A stretch of DNA of 63,725 bases, counting the filler, from Dugesia japonica (Eukaryota): the NCBI GenBank assembly GCA_001938525.1. It is 5 parts of 5 records of this genome, joined end to end, with 100 filler letters (N's around TTAATTAATTAA, not from the genome) between each part and the next. Parts side by side here need not be neighbours in the genome. Positions count along the whole stretch, not along the records: positions 35,268 to 55,260 come from MQRL01624243.1; 4 more parts are not named here. One strand, written 5' to 3'. The notes under the pieces are model-generated. The model saw nothing but the letters and a program-made list of their open reading frames with translations. It was not told the origin of the DNA and did no database searches. Below, one piece after another: positions 36,479 to 49,559 of the stretch (the first letter of the stretch is position 1; each line of letters starts with the position of its first letter). The position numbers were made by a program, and so were the translations under genes.

Positions 36479-39400
36479 TTGGGGATTGCTGGGATGTCAA
36501 CGCCGAAGCTTGATGGACGAATTGAGGATGGAAACGGATTGGTACAGTTGGGCTCGATGCTAAAACCGGTGATCGCCTGGCTTACAGACACACTGGACGG
36601 CGCCGCCCAAGTACCGAAAACAAGTAAATATTTTTCGCGCACTTTGCGCAAACTTAGTAAAAATTTTAGTAATTTTCTCTTTAACTCTTCAAGTAATATT
36701 TTGAGTAACAATTTTTGTAATATTTCCTTAAACAACTTTAATAATATTTATTCGAATAAGAGTTTGTTATTCTCAATTTTTCTTGAAAACGTTTACAATT
36801 TTGCCATTGAATGCTGCCTCGCGGAACCAATTACCCTTAAGAAATGCGCAATGATTCTTTTTGGGGATATTAACTTTATTATCAATTTTTGTGATGATGA
36901 TGTTAAACTTGTGGATAAGCAGCAGGGAATAAGGGGGCAAAATTCATCTCTTTTTTCGGAAAAAGGCGATAAAGAACAGAATTTGGCAGAAAATAAGAGT
37001 GAACAAGAAAAACGAACACACATTGCATATACTTGCCACAATCATCGCAAATATAGGGAACACACAAAAAAATGTAAATCTCCAAAGAAATGTACCTTTT
37101 CTAAGACGGTTAATGAAAAATACACACAATCTAAGGAGGTTTTCAAGACAAATAGGGAAATTTTAGTTCAGGATAGTAAGACCTTGGAAAGTAGAACAAA
37201 TAAAAAGGATGAAACACAGAATGAAAAACGAGATATTGTAGTTAAGGTTAAAGTGGAACATGCAGGTAACAACAACACAACATACAAGGACGCACTTAAT
37301 AAAACATCGAAAACGAATCGAAGACGAATCCCGATTTAAAAAGGTCAACTTCCAAAAAATAACAAACATCCATCTAAACAACATTAAAGATCAGGATGCT
37401 CCTTTAGCAAATGTTCTTCTTCATAACCATAGGGAATTCACCGTTTATTTAGACAGTCCACATAGTAACCCACAGAATAAAAGAATAATGATCATTGATA
37501 AGTACTTGAAATGCTTAAACGTTCTCTCTGCAAATATCAATGATTACGAAAAAATCACGGATAACTTTAGCTCGCGTATTAAATTTTCTGCGGCTAAAAT
37601 AGGAGAGTCTAGTGACATTATAACAAAAATAAGCTGACTAGCTGAGAAACCAGGCACCATGCCAAAGCATAACAAAACAGGCAATACTCATAGCTTTAAG
37701 ACCAAACCAATTTCAAAAAATAAATTGTAAAACATTGCATCTGAAATAAGCTTTAGAATATCTAGGGTCTGCAATAAACTCGCAAAAATAGCCACCATTA
37801 AATTAAACACTTTGCATACCTCACTGCTCTGTGTTTGAAAAAAGGAATCGAAAGACATAAAAATATGTTTGGATTTCAGACAATTGAATGTAGTAACGAA
37901 AAGACAAGCCTTTCCTATGCCTAATGTCGATGAAATGCTGGACAAGTTAGATGGAGCCAAATATTTTAGTTCAATAGATTTGGAAAATATATACAGAGCA
38001 GGTAGAGCTCGAAGAAGAATCTCAAGAAAAAATAGCGTTTTCAACCAAGCACGGACAATATTGTTTTAATAGAATGTCATTTGGCATCGAGGCGGAACAG
38101 GTGGCATTTCAGGAGATGATGACAAAAGTTGTAGGCATAATCAATGGAGCCATGTTTTATCTTGATGACATTTTGATATGAAAAACAATAAAGATCAACA
38201 CTATGAATTCATTGAAAAATTATTGACGGAAAAAATGAAGGCTGGTCTAAGAATTAATCCGGAAAAGGGTCAGTTTCTTCAAAGCGAAATCAAGTTTCTT
38301 GGACACATAATTAGCAGGGATGGTGATCCATCTAAAATAAAAGCAATAAGAACATTTGGCAAATCTAACTGTGTGAAGAAGTTACGAAGTTTCTTGGGAA
38401 TTTGTAATTGTAAGTAAATATTTTAGACAGTTAAATTTTTTGATAGTTCGACCGAAGTTGTTAACGAAAATAGTTTGATAAATAATTAATTAACTTCATG
38501 TAATAAAGTTAGAAAATTTAATTGAAAATATTTTTTGATTATAAAATTTTGTAAATTGAATTATTTTCAAAAATTTAATGAAGAATATTTTTGCTAAACA
38601 TTAAATTTTGTAAGATGAATTATTTTCTAAAATTTAAGTAAGAATATTTTTAAATAATTTCCGTCAGAATTAAATAAAAATGTTAGCTTGTTTAAAAAAT
38701 TTGTAAAAAAACAAATTGAGAGTGAGTTTTTTTGTTGTCATTAAATAAATCTTAGAATGAAAAGTGTTCAATTTTTAAATGAAAAGATGAATGGTACAGA
38801 TTCATCTAACAGTAATTATTACAGAAAGTTTATAGAAAACTACTCAAGAAAATCAAATATATTAGTGCAGTTGTGTAGCGGACCAAGCCACAAGAAATTA
38901 GAATGAACAGATGGAATAAACGATACTTTTGAAGGTCTAAAAAAATCTCTAATGACTGCACCAATATTGTGTTTTCCGGACATAAACAAAGAATTTATAT
39001 TAGATACATGTGCCAGTTTTGATATAATTGGAGCAGTATTGTCACAGAGAGATAAAGAAGTAAGAGAAAGAGCTGTTGCCTATGGATCACACTCAATGAC
39101 GAGTCATGAAAAGGGATACTGCATTACACGAAAAGAGTTATTGGCTGNNNNNNNNNNNNNNNNNNNNNNNNNNNNNNNNNNNNNNNNNNNNNNNNNNNNN
39201 TTATAAAGCTCTAACTTTCATGATGACGACAAAGAAACCAATTACGTCACAATTCCAGACATGGATTAATTATCGGAGCAGTTTAGATATGGTTTTGGAA
39301 TATAGAAAACGAATTCAACATGATAATGCAGATATATTATCTAGACCAAGATGTGAGGTATGTGTACAGTGTCAAATTTCATATGAAGATGCCAAGAAAT

Positions 39401-39930
39401 GGAAGATTAAAACGAGAATACGGAGTCAATTGAAAAGGAAAAAGAAGATCACTTAAACATTTCCAAGGAAACAGATTTGATCAAGAAAATGGAAATTACG
39501 GATAACAAACTACGTGAAAAACTAGAAGAAATACATAAATTATTCTGTCATGCAGGAGTTGAAAAGGTGTACCAATATATGAGAAACAAATATATTGCAA
39601 AGAATTTGTGGAGCCAAATACAGAAGTTAGTTCGTAGTTGTGGAAATTTTCAGAAGACCAAAGTAGTGACAATAGCAACTAAAGAGAAGACAAACAGTTT
39701 AGAAGCTACCAATTTATTTGAAGTGATATTCACAGACATATGTGGGCCAATGCGGGAAACAAGTGGACGGAAAATACATTCTTGGAATAATTGACCAGTA
39801 CAGTAAATATCTGGTTTCTGTACAATTGCCTAGACAAGATTGTGAAATAATTCAAAAGCTATTTTTGAAAAGTGGGTATTAAGATTTGGATGTCCGAAAG
39901 AGATAAGACTAGATTGTGGAAATCTTTTGA
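36479..39930 (+). mobile_element. Decayed Ty3/Gypsy element(s): gag with CHCC motif, RT, RNase H and integrase N-terminus
   Basis: Gag PKLDGRIED..WL and TCHNHRKYREHTKKCKSPKKCTF. RT CLDFRQLN..AFPMPNVDEMLDKL..YFSSIDL, MSFG and FYLDDIL. RNase H FILDTCAS..IGAVLSQ..YCITRKELLA..NADILSR. Integrase HKLFCHAG..VRSCGNFQ..FTDICGP. Confidence 0.9.
38409..38811. mobile_element. Solo LTR (403 bp, TG...CA) inserted in Gypsy pol, 5-bp TSD GTAAT
   Basis: GTAAT at 38404-38408 and 38812-38816. Removing the insert restores FLGICNYYRKFIENYS. Confidence 0.85.
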
Positions 39931-39949
39931 ATCAATATTAGTGATGAAA

Positions 39950-40640
39950 ATTTTGAGGCAGAATTAAAATGTGCAGTTAGTCTGGAGTGTACTCCAGATT
40001 TCAAAGTCATAGGTTTGAAAAATATTGCTGAAGATCACACTAAATAATTTTTACAATTTTCAATGTTATTAAAAAAGACTTGTTATTCCTAAAATTGAAA
40101 CATAAAATTTATAATAAAACATTTTTTTAATTTATTTAAATGTGGTGAATGAAAATTTCTAAAATGACAATTTGATATAGAATGTTAAAATCAATATTTG
40201 CGAATTTTGATGTAGCATTTAGCTCTCTTAGTATTTTTATTAACTGATTTTTAATTTTCAAAACAAAATCTAACATAGTAGGAATTGAATTCCATCTGTG
40301 ACAAAAATCAAGTTCTTTTTCATGAATTTTATCGATTTTCTTATTTTTTATAGTTCTTAAATAAATTCAATTTCTTCAGAAATTTACATAAATTGACAAT
40401 AACCTGGGTTGTTAAAATCATCATCTTCATGTCTGCTGTCATTTACATTATATTTGTTGGATATGGGTTTTTTGTCAAATACATACAGTTGTGATAGATA
40501 GATGAATCGCGTGGCTTAAACACAACTGTGACATTGGAAGAATAAGTCATCCATACTTAACCCTGACGCTAGCTCCGTCATCTTTACTTGTCGCTAATAT
40601 TGTCTTCTTATATCATATAATATTGTCTTCTACTCCAAAA
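39950..40640 (-). mobile_element. hAT transposase remnant
   Basis: Minus-frame motifs DDGASV, CLSHAIHL (CxxH) and HRWNSIPTML (RWNS). Confidence 0.6.
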
Positions 40641-40689
40641 CTATAATTTATTTTATGGAAAATGGTTAAATTTAGTAGTGCGATTTGCT

Positions 40690-41310
40690 GGTATAAATAG
40701 CAACCGTGAACAAACGCGAAACGGATGATGGTTAGCGTTATCAACAACAATTAATAAAATTGAGGCAAGCATTGCATGAAAAACGGCCAATTTTCCAATA
40801 GACATGAGACGGTGTTGTTACAGCATGATAATGCTCGACCCTACACTTTGATTTTAGCAAGGAATACGATACCAGAATTCGTATGGAAAGTTTTAAATAA
40901 TAATTTCACACCTCGGGTATAAATTTATATGTTTACATTAAGGTGTGAAAGTTCACACCAAAGGTGTCAATTTCGCAGTTTACATTAGGGCGTGGAAGTT
41001 CACACCTGAGATAATGTAAACACCATACTCACCAGACATCGCACCAAGTGATTACCACTTTTTTCGCTTAATTCAACATGGCCTTTGTGAACAGCACTTC
41101 AACAATCATTATGATGTCCAGAAATGGCTTGACTATTGGGCAAATTCCAACGAAGAAAATTTTTTTTATCGTGGAATTTATTTGTTACCAGAAAGGTGGG
41201 AAATGTTAGCAATGGTGGACGCTACTTTGAATGAGATGTTATGTAAAAATAAATGTATTTGGAGTTTTTATTTTTAAAAAACAGCGAGAATTAATGCAGC
41301 TACCTAATAT
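40690..41310 (+). mobile_element. Mariner transposase 3' part plus right TIR, interrupted by a small palindromic insertion (~40897-41020)
   Basis: LQHDNARP and PYSPDIAPSDYHFF motifs. The end aaaaacagcgagaattaatgcagctacctaaTA is TIR-like. Confidence 0.85.
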
Positions 41311-42302
41311 ATGCCTTAATTTAGTCTAATTAAATATTCATTTTAAAATAATATCATTTTCAAAGCAAAGAATAAATGGTAGTGAAACATCGAGTTTATG
41401 ACAAAAAGTCGACGGAACGATTATTTTCATTTACGTAAATTTTTTTGTTAGACTACTATCTTAAAAATAATAAATATTTCAACCGGGTTTTGTACTTGGG
41501 GACTTTTTGTCCGGTTACTAAATAATCACTTCAGCCATTCATTTTTAAAAAATTTGCTAAGTTATAAAGTATCATAAGTACATATTTAATAAAATTCTGA
41601 ATAATCCAATTATTTTACACGATTTAGAATTAACATAAATTCACTTTCCATTCTTACACGATTTAACTCCTATTGAGAAATTAGAAAAATTAAATTTCAA
41701 GAATAAATTAATTCGCGTTGAATCATGTGATAAACGGCAGTGTAATGAGAATTGAATGTAATTTTTAAAAGCTTTCTTACGATTCTCAAGATCACGTGTA
41801 CAGCATGCGGCCCGTGACCCAAGTCCATGAAAAATACGTATTTTTTACAGAAAAAATTAATTCGAAGTTATATAGTACTTCTAATATTAGTAATGTACCA
41901 CCTTCTGGGCGAAATTTTTGTATGCATAGCTCGTGACATTGATGATGTGCCCCATCTAGAATAAAGGTTGTATACAACTACTATAGATACTTTCCTCAAA
42001 ATACGTGACAAGTTTCACTAATTATTAGAAACTTAAAACGTTAAACTCAATAACAAAATCCAAGTTTACATTTTTCCTGTATTTCAATATAGTTGTCTCA
42101 ATAATCTGAACAGTTCAATTTTCGAATAGTACTTTACTCAAAGTCGAAATAATTCATTCAACTCCACAAAACTTTTATTTACATTATTCATTAAAACTTA
42201 AGTAAATTTTACAAAAACCAGTAAGACTTTCGTAAAATAAATTTCCGGCAGAAGAAAGCATTTAAACGAAAAATAAACTTTATACTTTTTAAACGAAAGT
42301 AT

Positions 42303-43410
42303 TTATTTTAAATTATGGTTTTCAGCCTGAATGCTTAAATGATTTAATTTAGACGCATTTGAACCAGGGAGAACAGATGCGATTTGAACATCAGTTTTCT
42401 TGGATCTATCAGAACCTGCATGATGATCAGATCTAGATCTTTTTGCCGGCGTAGATGAACTTGTGGACGGCGGTGTATTATTCAAATTTCCCTGATTTGA
42501 AGATTCTGAGTAGGACTTAGCCGTTTTTGGATCAGAATATAGATCAAGAATTTGATGACAAATATCTTCCATAACCTAACTAATATTATTTGAAATAATA
42601 TTTGGAAAATTTTACTTCAATAGTCATTCCTTCAACAAAACTTTCCCACCACTTTTGGCCAACCTGTTGATTGTCCCAACTTTCTATTTCTTGTTTATTT
42701 AATTTTGTAGCTAAATATAAAACAGCACAAGCTACAATCTCTGGCTCCCATTTTAAACATAAATTAGTTCTCAAACTATCATTAATAAATGTCCATGACA
42801 TCTGAACAAGTCTCTCGACATTTGTTTGTTTACCTTGATCTATATAATTACGTTTAAATATAACATAATACCTTTAATTTTTTGAACATAGTTCAACAGG
42901 TATTTGTAAGGATGAGAGACTTGTAAATCGAATTTTATGGTTTTCAGTAAAATTCTTTCCATCGTCATAATTTCTTCCTAATAATATTTGAAATTTTATT
43001 AGTGTAATAAAAGCAATGCCTTAGGATCACTTCCAAATTCGTTAAAATGTTTTTTATCTAAAATAGATTTTGTCATTGTTACTATGTCTCGACATTTCTT
43101 AGGAGTTTCTTCAACTTTACCGGCCAAAAACAAGCAACATGAGGCTGTCAACTAAAACTGAAAGTCGTTTATTATAATTTAATATGCTTACAAATCTTGG
43201 CATAGTTTTAAAAGAATGAAACATATAGAATCTGTGAAAATATACCATAGCTGTAGCACATGTATCATATTTTAGGCCCAGCTTATTACCAAGTTCACTA
43301 ATGAAAGTTGCTCCTTCATTACGATACTTATCTTCAATTCGAGGATCAATTCCGTCCGTTAAAGATGGTGTATTCCTCAATTCTTCTTTTTCAAAGTACC
43401 AACATGGCAT
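42303..43410 (-). CDS. CCNK: Cyclin K, 5 exons (43410-43192, 43151-43020, 42977-42872, 42839-42616, 42575-42303), 317 aa
   Basis: The spliced product reads [16 protein letters not shown]...[15 protein letters not shown]|[22 protein letters not shown]...DPK|[24 protein letters not shown]...[22 protein letters not shown]...|[13 protein letters not shown]. These are diagnostic cyclin K motifs, and the frame is preserved across all junctions. Confidence 0.95.
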
Positions 43411-44181
43411 AGACTTTTAAAAATCATTATTAATATTTTATACTAATAAAATCAAAACTACATGTTCATCCATTATTCAAAACCAAAGCCAATATATTAA
43501 ATTAAACAAATAAATAATTTTAAACAATTTAATTTTAGTTTGAAAATTTCAGTACGATAAAAATTTCAGTGCTAAAACAATATTTATACAAAATGAAAAC
43601 TTTGACTTTTAAAGTTATAATAATGACTAAAGATATTTTTTTTGACAAAACTAAATTAAAATAAATTTTTTAATCAAATCAAAATGGTAATAAAACCTAC
43701 ACATAAAATCTAATTTATTAAATTAATTTGATGAAATATTTTGGTAAAATAAGAACAGCCATTAAGTAGTATTGCTCGATTTTAAATGTAAAGCATCTTT
43801 TGGTTTTTTCATTTAAATTTATTAAATATTTATTTTGTCATATTTTCTCTTAAAATGTTGAAACTACAAATAATACAATTAGAACTGTGCTTTATCGATA
43901 AATTAAATATATGATATATATGTTTGAAATAGTTTAAAGAAGTTTTATATTTTACAAGCAAAGTTGAATCGGGTTAATTGCATAGNCTCAGGTCCATTTC
44001 AAGAATGTGAAGTTAGCCTGAATGGCAATTAAAATATATTTAAGTTTAATTAAAATATACTTCAATAAGCAACGTGTGAATAATAATGTAAACTTTTTAT
44101 TAAATCTAAACTTTACATAAATTTTTAAAAACATGCTAACTGATTTTAAAAAATCAACAAGTGAAATTAAACAGTAAGATT

Positions 44182-47100
44182 CAGTGGCGTAGCGATGGGG
44201 AGGAGTCTATCTTGCGCCGGGTGCTACTCGCAGAGAGGCACCAAATCATCCCCATAAGAAACAATATATTCTGTATTCAAAAAAAAATTTAATTTAATTA
44301 ATTAATCCTAATTTTTTTCTTTTTATGACTTATACCATGGTCAATCTGTGCTTGAAAAAATCTTTTTGTTTTTATTTTAATTAAAGCAGGAATCATAAAA
44401 ATTGTGTGAAAATTTAGGTTAAATTTTATGTTCATTAGAAATGGTACACATACGTTAAAGCTGATGGTACGACATTTTATTTTGGTTATGCTTGTTATTT
44501 TAAAACGATAAAAAATAACACACAACTGGTCAACTTACAATTTCAGATCGTTCGACATGTAGCAGTATTTGAAATTTTTGATTTCAAATTTTAAATTTGT
44601 CAATAGTGTTTAAAATATTTATATATTAATTGTATTAAAATAGTGTTTAAATGATTGAAGATATCGATAAGATTCAAATTTTACCATAATTTTGTTTGCA
44701 ATTTCCAATAAAGTAAGTTCTCTTTTTAATATTTTATTTACTGCTGTGTTGTTCAAAAGTAATATTTAAATTAAATTAATAAACATTAATTTTTTTTAGA
44801 TCATGTTAATGCAAGGAAAAACTTAGTAGTTTTCAAAATCGGAAAAGAAAACTAAAGCAGGAAAATGAAGCTCAGATATCCAGATTAATAATGGAATCAT
44901 ATTTAGTAATAAAATAGCAAAAGAAAAAACCAGAAAATAAGAAGGATGAAGAAGAAAAATTAGATTTAGGCTGTTCTCGTACTGCTGCGAAACTTTTATG
45001 TAATAACACATCACAACAAATAAACGAGCATAAAGATAATGTAGAGAGGGGCCCAAGTGCATCAGATTTTTCATATATATGTCAATATCTAATAAAAAGT
45101 ATAGAAAATGCAACAGAAACACTCAATGTAATTCCGGACGCTCTGGAGTTTAAATATGTTTCTTATTAAAAATTGAGTCATAATCTTCAAATGATATCTA
45201 ATCAACTTTGCACAGAAACGATTATTTGCGGATCCAGCATATTTCAGAATAAATCCAGTCTAAATGCAATTGCAACATCAGATAATCGTCTAATTCCAAA
45301 ATCTTGGTTTAATCGACGGGCCACAATTGAAGAACAAAAAAATAATGCAACTCGCTTCTATTGTTGTTTAGTGTTTGTTACATATAATCCCGTTACATCT
45401 GATTTAATAAATGGCTTGAAAAGGTTAAATTGGCTAGCCATGAAATAAGTCCAAATCCTCTAAAATCGTTTACGACCTGGAAAGAAACAGAAAGAAGATT
45501 AAGTAATGAAACTGGAATTGATGCATCATTAGAAGCAAATATACAATCCAAAAAAGAACTGTTGCTAAATATACTGCAATGAATATTAGCTTTTGTGAAG
45601 TATCTGATTATACAAATTCTTTGTCTACGTGGTCATATTGAAAATCTGTTGCTTCAAGATGGTATAAATGTCGGAAACCTATTATATTTACTTTAACTTG
45701 TACCTCAACTTGATCCAATACTAACAAATTATCTTTAAAATGTCATGGAAATGCCAAGAACTGTCTCATATCTATTACAACAAATTCAAAATGAATTTTT
45801 TCAATTTTTGACATGCACAGTTCGAAATCTACTATTAAGTGACATCAAAAGAAACAAATATTATGGACTTTTATTTGATTTGACTGCTGAAATCACTCAT
45901 CGAAAACAAATGTCACAAGTCTTAAGGTTTGTATATATTGATTTAACCATCAGAAATGTTTCTATCAAAGAATTATTTTTGGGATTTATCGAAATACATG
46001 CTAAAAAAGCAGGAATTGAAAAAACAAATTTAGAAAAATAGAATTCCGATCGGATTTCATTTTGAAACTGGATTACAATGTTTAGTAATGCTTCTGTGAT
46101 GTCAGGTCTAATATCTCGCGTCCAACAAAGAAATGTGGAAAAAACAATAAAGTATTATTTGCAAATTGTGATAACTACTCATTCCTTTTAGTAGGAGTTA
46201 CTGCAGCTTATCAAGAACCAGTCGTTGTAACATGTTTTGGAATAATTGAAAACATCTCTTTTTATCACGTTCGACATTACAATGTGAATATTTATAAAAT
46301 GTTTTAAAGAAAATTGTTAAACTTGAATCTAAATTACGATGAAGCGGTTAGCTTTCTTGTCGATGAACCGGAAGAATTTTTTAAAAAATTAGCTAAGAAT
46401 AGTACTACCACAAGTGATACCAGATGTAAAGCTACAATTTTATTGCAAAATAAACTGAATTTTAATTTCATAACATTAGTCGATTTCTGGCATAAAATTG
46501 TGAGGAGAATTGATCATGTTCAGCTCAGATTACAAGATCCAAAAAAGAACTTTATAGAAGTGTTACATGATCTTGAATTATTAGCAACTGAACTTGCATA
46601 AATTTGAGACAAGATTTGTGAAGAAGCTTTAAGAAATAACTAAGTCTCTTTGTGAAAAATGGGATGTTGATACAATGATCCGTGATGCCAAAAAAGCCCG
46701 GAGAATTGGCTAGAGATATTGGCATTTACGCAGAAAGTGAAATTTCTCGCGTTATGAAAAACATTCTTGATCGTCTGTAGCAGGAAATATGTTCTCGATT
46801 TACATGAATAAGTGATCTTAATTTCAAATTTGGATTTTTACCGGACTTTGAAAATTTATTAAACAAGGATAATGTTGATAACGTTCTTGAAAAGAATTGT
46901 AAAAATTTGAGTGGATTTTATAAAACAGATTTTAATGAACGGAACTGTGTTGAAATAAGTAATTGCAAGATTTTACTCCGCAGTGGAAAAGAAATTGAAC
47001 CTAAGACTCCATTAAAGCTAATTACCTTTATAATTTTGTATGGAGAAGATGTTATCTCAAACCTGACAGTCGCACTTCAAATACTTCTTACTACTTTAGT

Positions 47101-47300
47101 ATCAATTGCTGGCTGTTAACGTTCGTTCAGCAAATTAATTTTGACTTATCTACGATTAACGATGTAACAAGATCGCCTAAGTAACCTAGCATTTTTAAAT
47201 GGAAAAAGAAAAAGTTGACATAATCCACTTTGATGAAGTTAATTTGCTTCATAAAAGGCAAGAAAAATGTAAACATAATAATTAATTATGATAATGTAAT
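44182..47300 (+). mobile_element. hAT transposon (ZMYM1/Tip100-like transposase), decayed
   Basis: Left TIR CAGTGGCGTAGCG at 44182. Transposase motifs LRGHIE, QQIQNEF, YYGLLFDLTAEITHRKQMSQVLRFV and ELFLGFIE, and dimerization motif ALQILLTTLVSIAGC*RSFSKL. Confidence 0.85.
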
Positions 47301-49559
47301 ATATTATTATTATTAATTGTCGCTGTTTATACGGTTTAAGTGTAAAGTATTGTGTTTGAAAATCTTTCTGTTTTATTTAATAGATAATTTCCTTAAATAC
47401 TTTTAGTGATTGATATATTAGTAAATAAAATACCATTAAAGAAAATATGATAACGAAAATTATTGTGATAAGGAAGCCACTGCTATATATTATTTTTCTA
47501 TATGTTCGTCGGGTTATCGAAAGGTATGGGAGCACCAAGAAGGCATTGCAAAACACACATGCTGGTATGATGAATGGGTTCCAGTTTCTCCTGTTCATAT
47601 GGATTAATTTTTATAATAAGTTAAAAGCGTAACTTTAATTAATAATTCTAATTAACAATACAAGTTTTTATAGTTAAATTACTTTTTTGTAATTATTCTT
47701 TAACTCATAATTACTAGTAATGATTATTTTTTTAATTCGTTATTTGTTGATAGTTTAAATTGAAGATACTCAATTTTGTTATCAATCGTACGTTGGTATC
47801 GAGCGTCTTAATGTCTGTGTATACTTCAATTTTGGTGAATAAATCGAGGAATCATTGTGTTGAGGTTTTAACTAGGTGGGTTGATTTTTCCCATATAATT
47901 AATTCCAGGGTGGTCGGCCTAGTAAAACTCCGCGGAGAATTTAATCTGGTGTCTCCAAAAATCCAGATCTTCGGAATGGAGCCGTTGACTCAGAATCCGA
48001 GTACAGACTCGCCTTCCTTTGGTTTGGGTTCCTACTTCATGACACTCACTCGATTTTCAAAACATACTTATTAATTTATTAGATTTCAGTTTATACATCG
48101 CTTATTAGATTTTATTTTAGCAGTTAGTTGAGTCCTAATAAATTATAAATTCTTTTTTTGGTTATTTATATTTAACTGAGTTATCTTAATTGCTACTTTT
48201 AGTTTAAAAATCAACACCCTATGTTTTTATAGTTATAAAGAACAAAAGAAGCTAACAAGTGAAAAATATATTCAATTACCAAAACTTTCACTTGTTATGT
48301 AATAATTTAATAATTAGGACAATCAATAAAACTAGCGTGGTCTGGATCCCGATTCGGAGCATGCGCACAGAAATTATCTGACTTATCGTAACGACCAATT
48401 ATATTCCACTTAACTATTAACTTGGGGTCTCCATCTGCATAACGACACTGATTATTTTGAGTTCTATAACTTCGGCCATTCATTAAGTCGGAAATCGTTG
48501 CTTCCAAATCTCATATGGATAAAAAGTTACCGTTAAGATTCTCGATTTCAGTAAATTTCCAATAATGAAGATTGATTAAGATTGCTTTTTTAGTTGATAA
48601 ATTTGATGAAAATTTCATCGGTATTTATACCGGTTTTCAGATACAACCTCGTTCTTTCTATTGGTCAACGGGGGTTGTACGATTTTTCTAACGTTCTTAT
48701 TGGCTTGATCGTCACATCAGTACTTTTTATTGGTGGTTATTTTGGGATTCCACAATTATTGTTCAATTTTCAAACCCTCGTATCTTCTTTTTTAGTCATT
48801 CAATGAATTTTTAACTTTGATTTTCAAAATCTTCAATTTTTTCTCGACCAGAATCGTCTTAATTGCTAATTTTTTCACAATGGGAAGACGTTGTTTTTGC
48901 CATATTTTCATAAAATATTTAATCTTCTTTTAAAAATAAATCATTTTAATTCGTATGATTTATTTTAATTATATAAATAAATTTTTTATTTTATTTTCTT
49001 AAATAATTATTATATGTTCATTTCTTGGTGTTTCTAATCTACATTTAATTTAATTTCATCGTGTTTTTCTTTCATTAATTAATTTAATTAATTCCTTTCA
49101 TTTATTTTCTCTTTCACCAATTATTAGTTCAATATGATTTTCTTAGTTTTGTCTAATGAACTAATTGTTATTCGTTATTTTCTTTTGCTGGCTGATAGAT
49201 TTTATTACTTCTTTTCTTCCTTTTGGCTTTCTTATTTCTGAGTTATTTCTTGCTGCAACTTTAGATTTTGCTGGTTATTACGTTGGTTTTAACTACCAAT
49301 ATTGGTTTTTTTAATTACTTCTTTCCTTCAATGAATTGTGGCTTTTCTTTGTCTGGATTCTTTGTTTCTTCATTTGGTGACTATAATTTCATTTTCGGCT
49401 TTATTTACAGTCATTTTTATTTTCCATACCAGGTATTTCACCTCAACAATTGTATGTGTCATTTGCAGTATTTATTTTAATCAATGTAATTGACATCTTA
49501 AGCTGTAGATGCAAGCTTTAATCATTGCAATATTTGATGAATTAGTGACTCTTGTAGTG

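Noticed and set aside
47476-47482. Right TIR of the hAT starting at 44182 (gccactg)
   Set aside because: Only 7 bp match and the flanking 8-mers (gtaagatt vs ctatatat) do not form a TSD.
48307-48507. BIR domain in ...FCAHAPNRDPDHASFIDCPNY
   Set aside because: The Cys/His spacing does not fit the BIR CxxC...H...C consensus.
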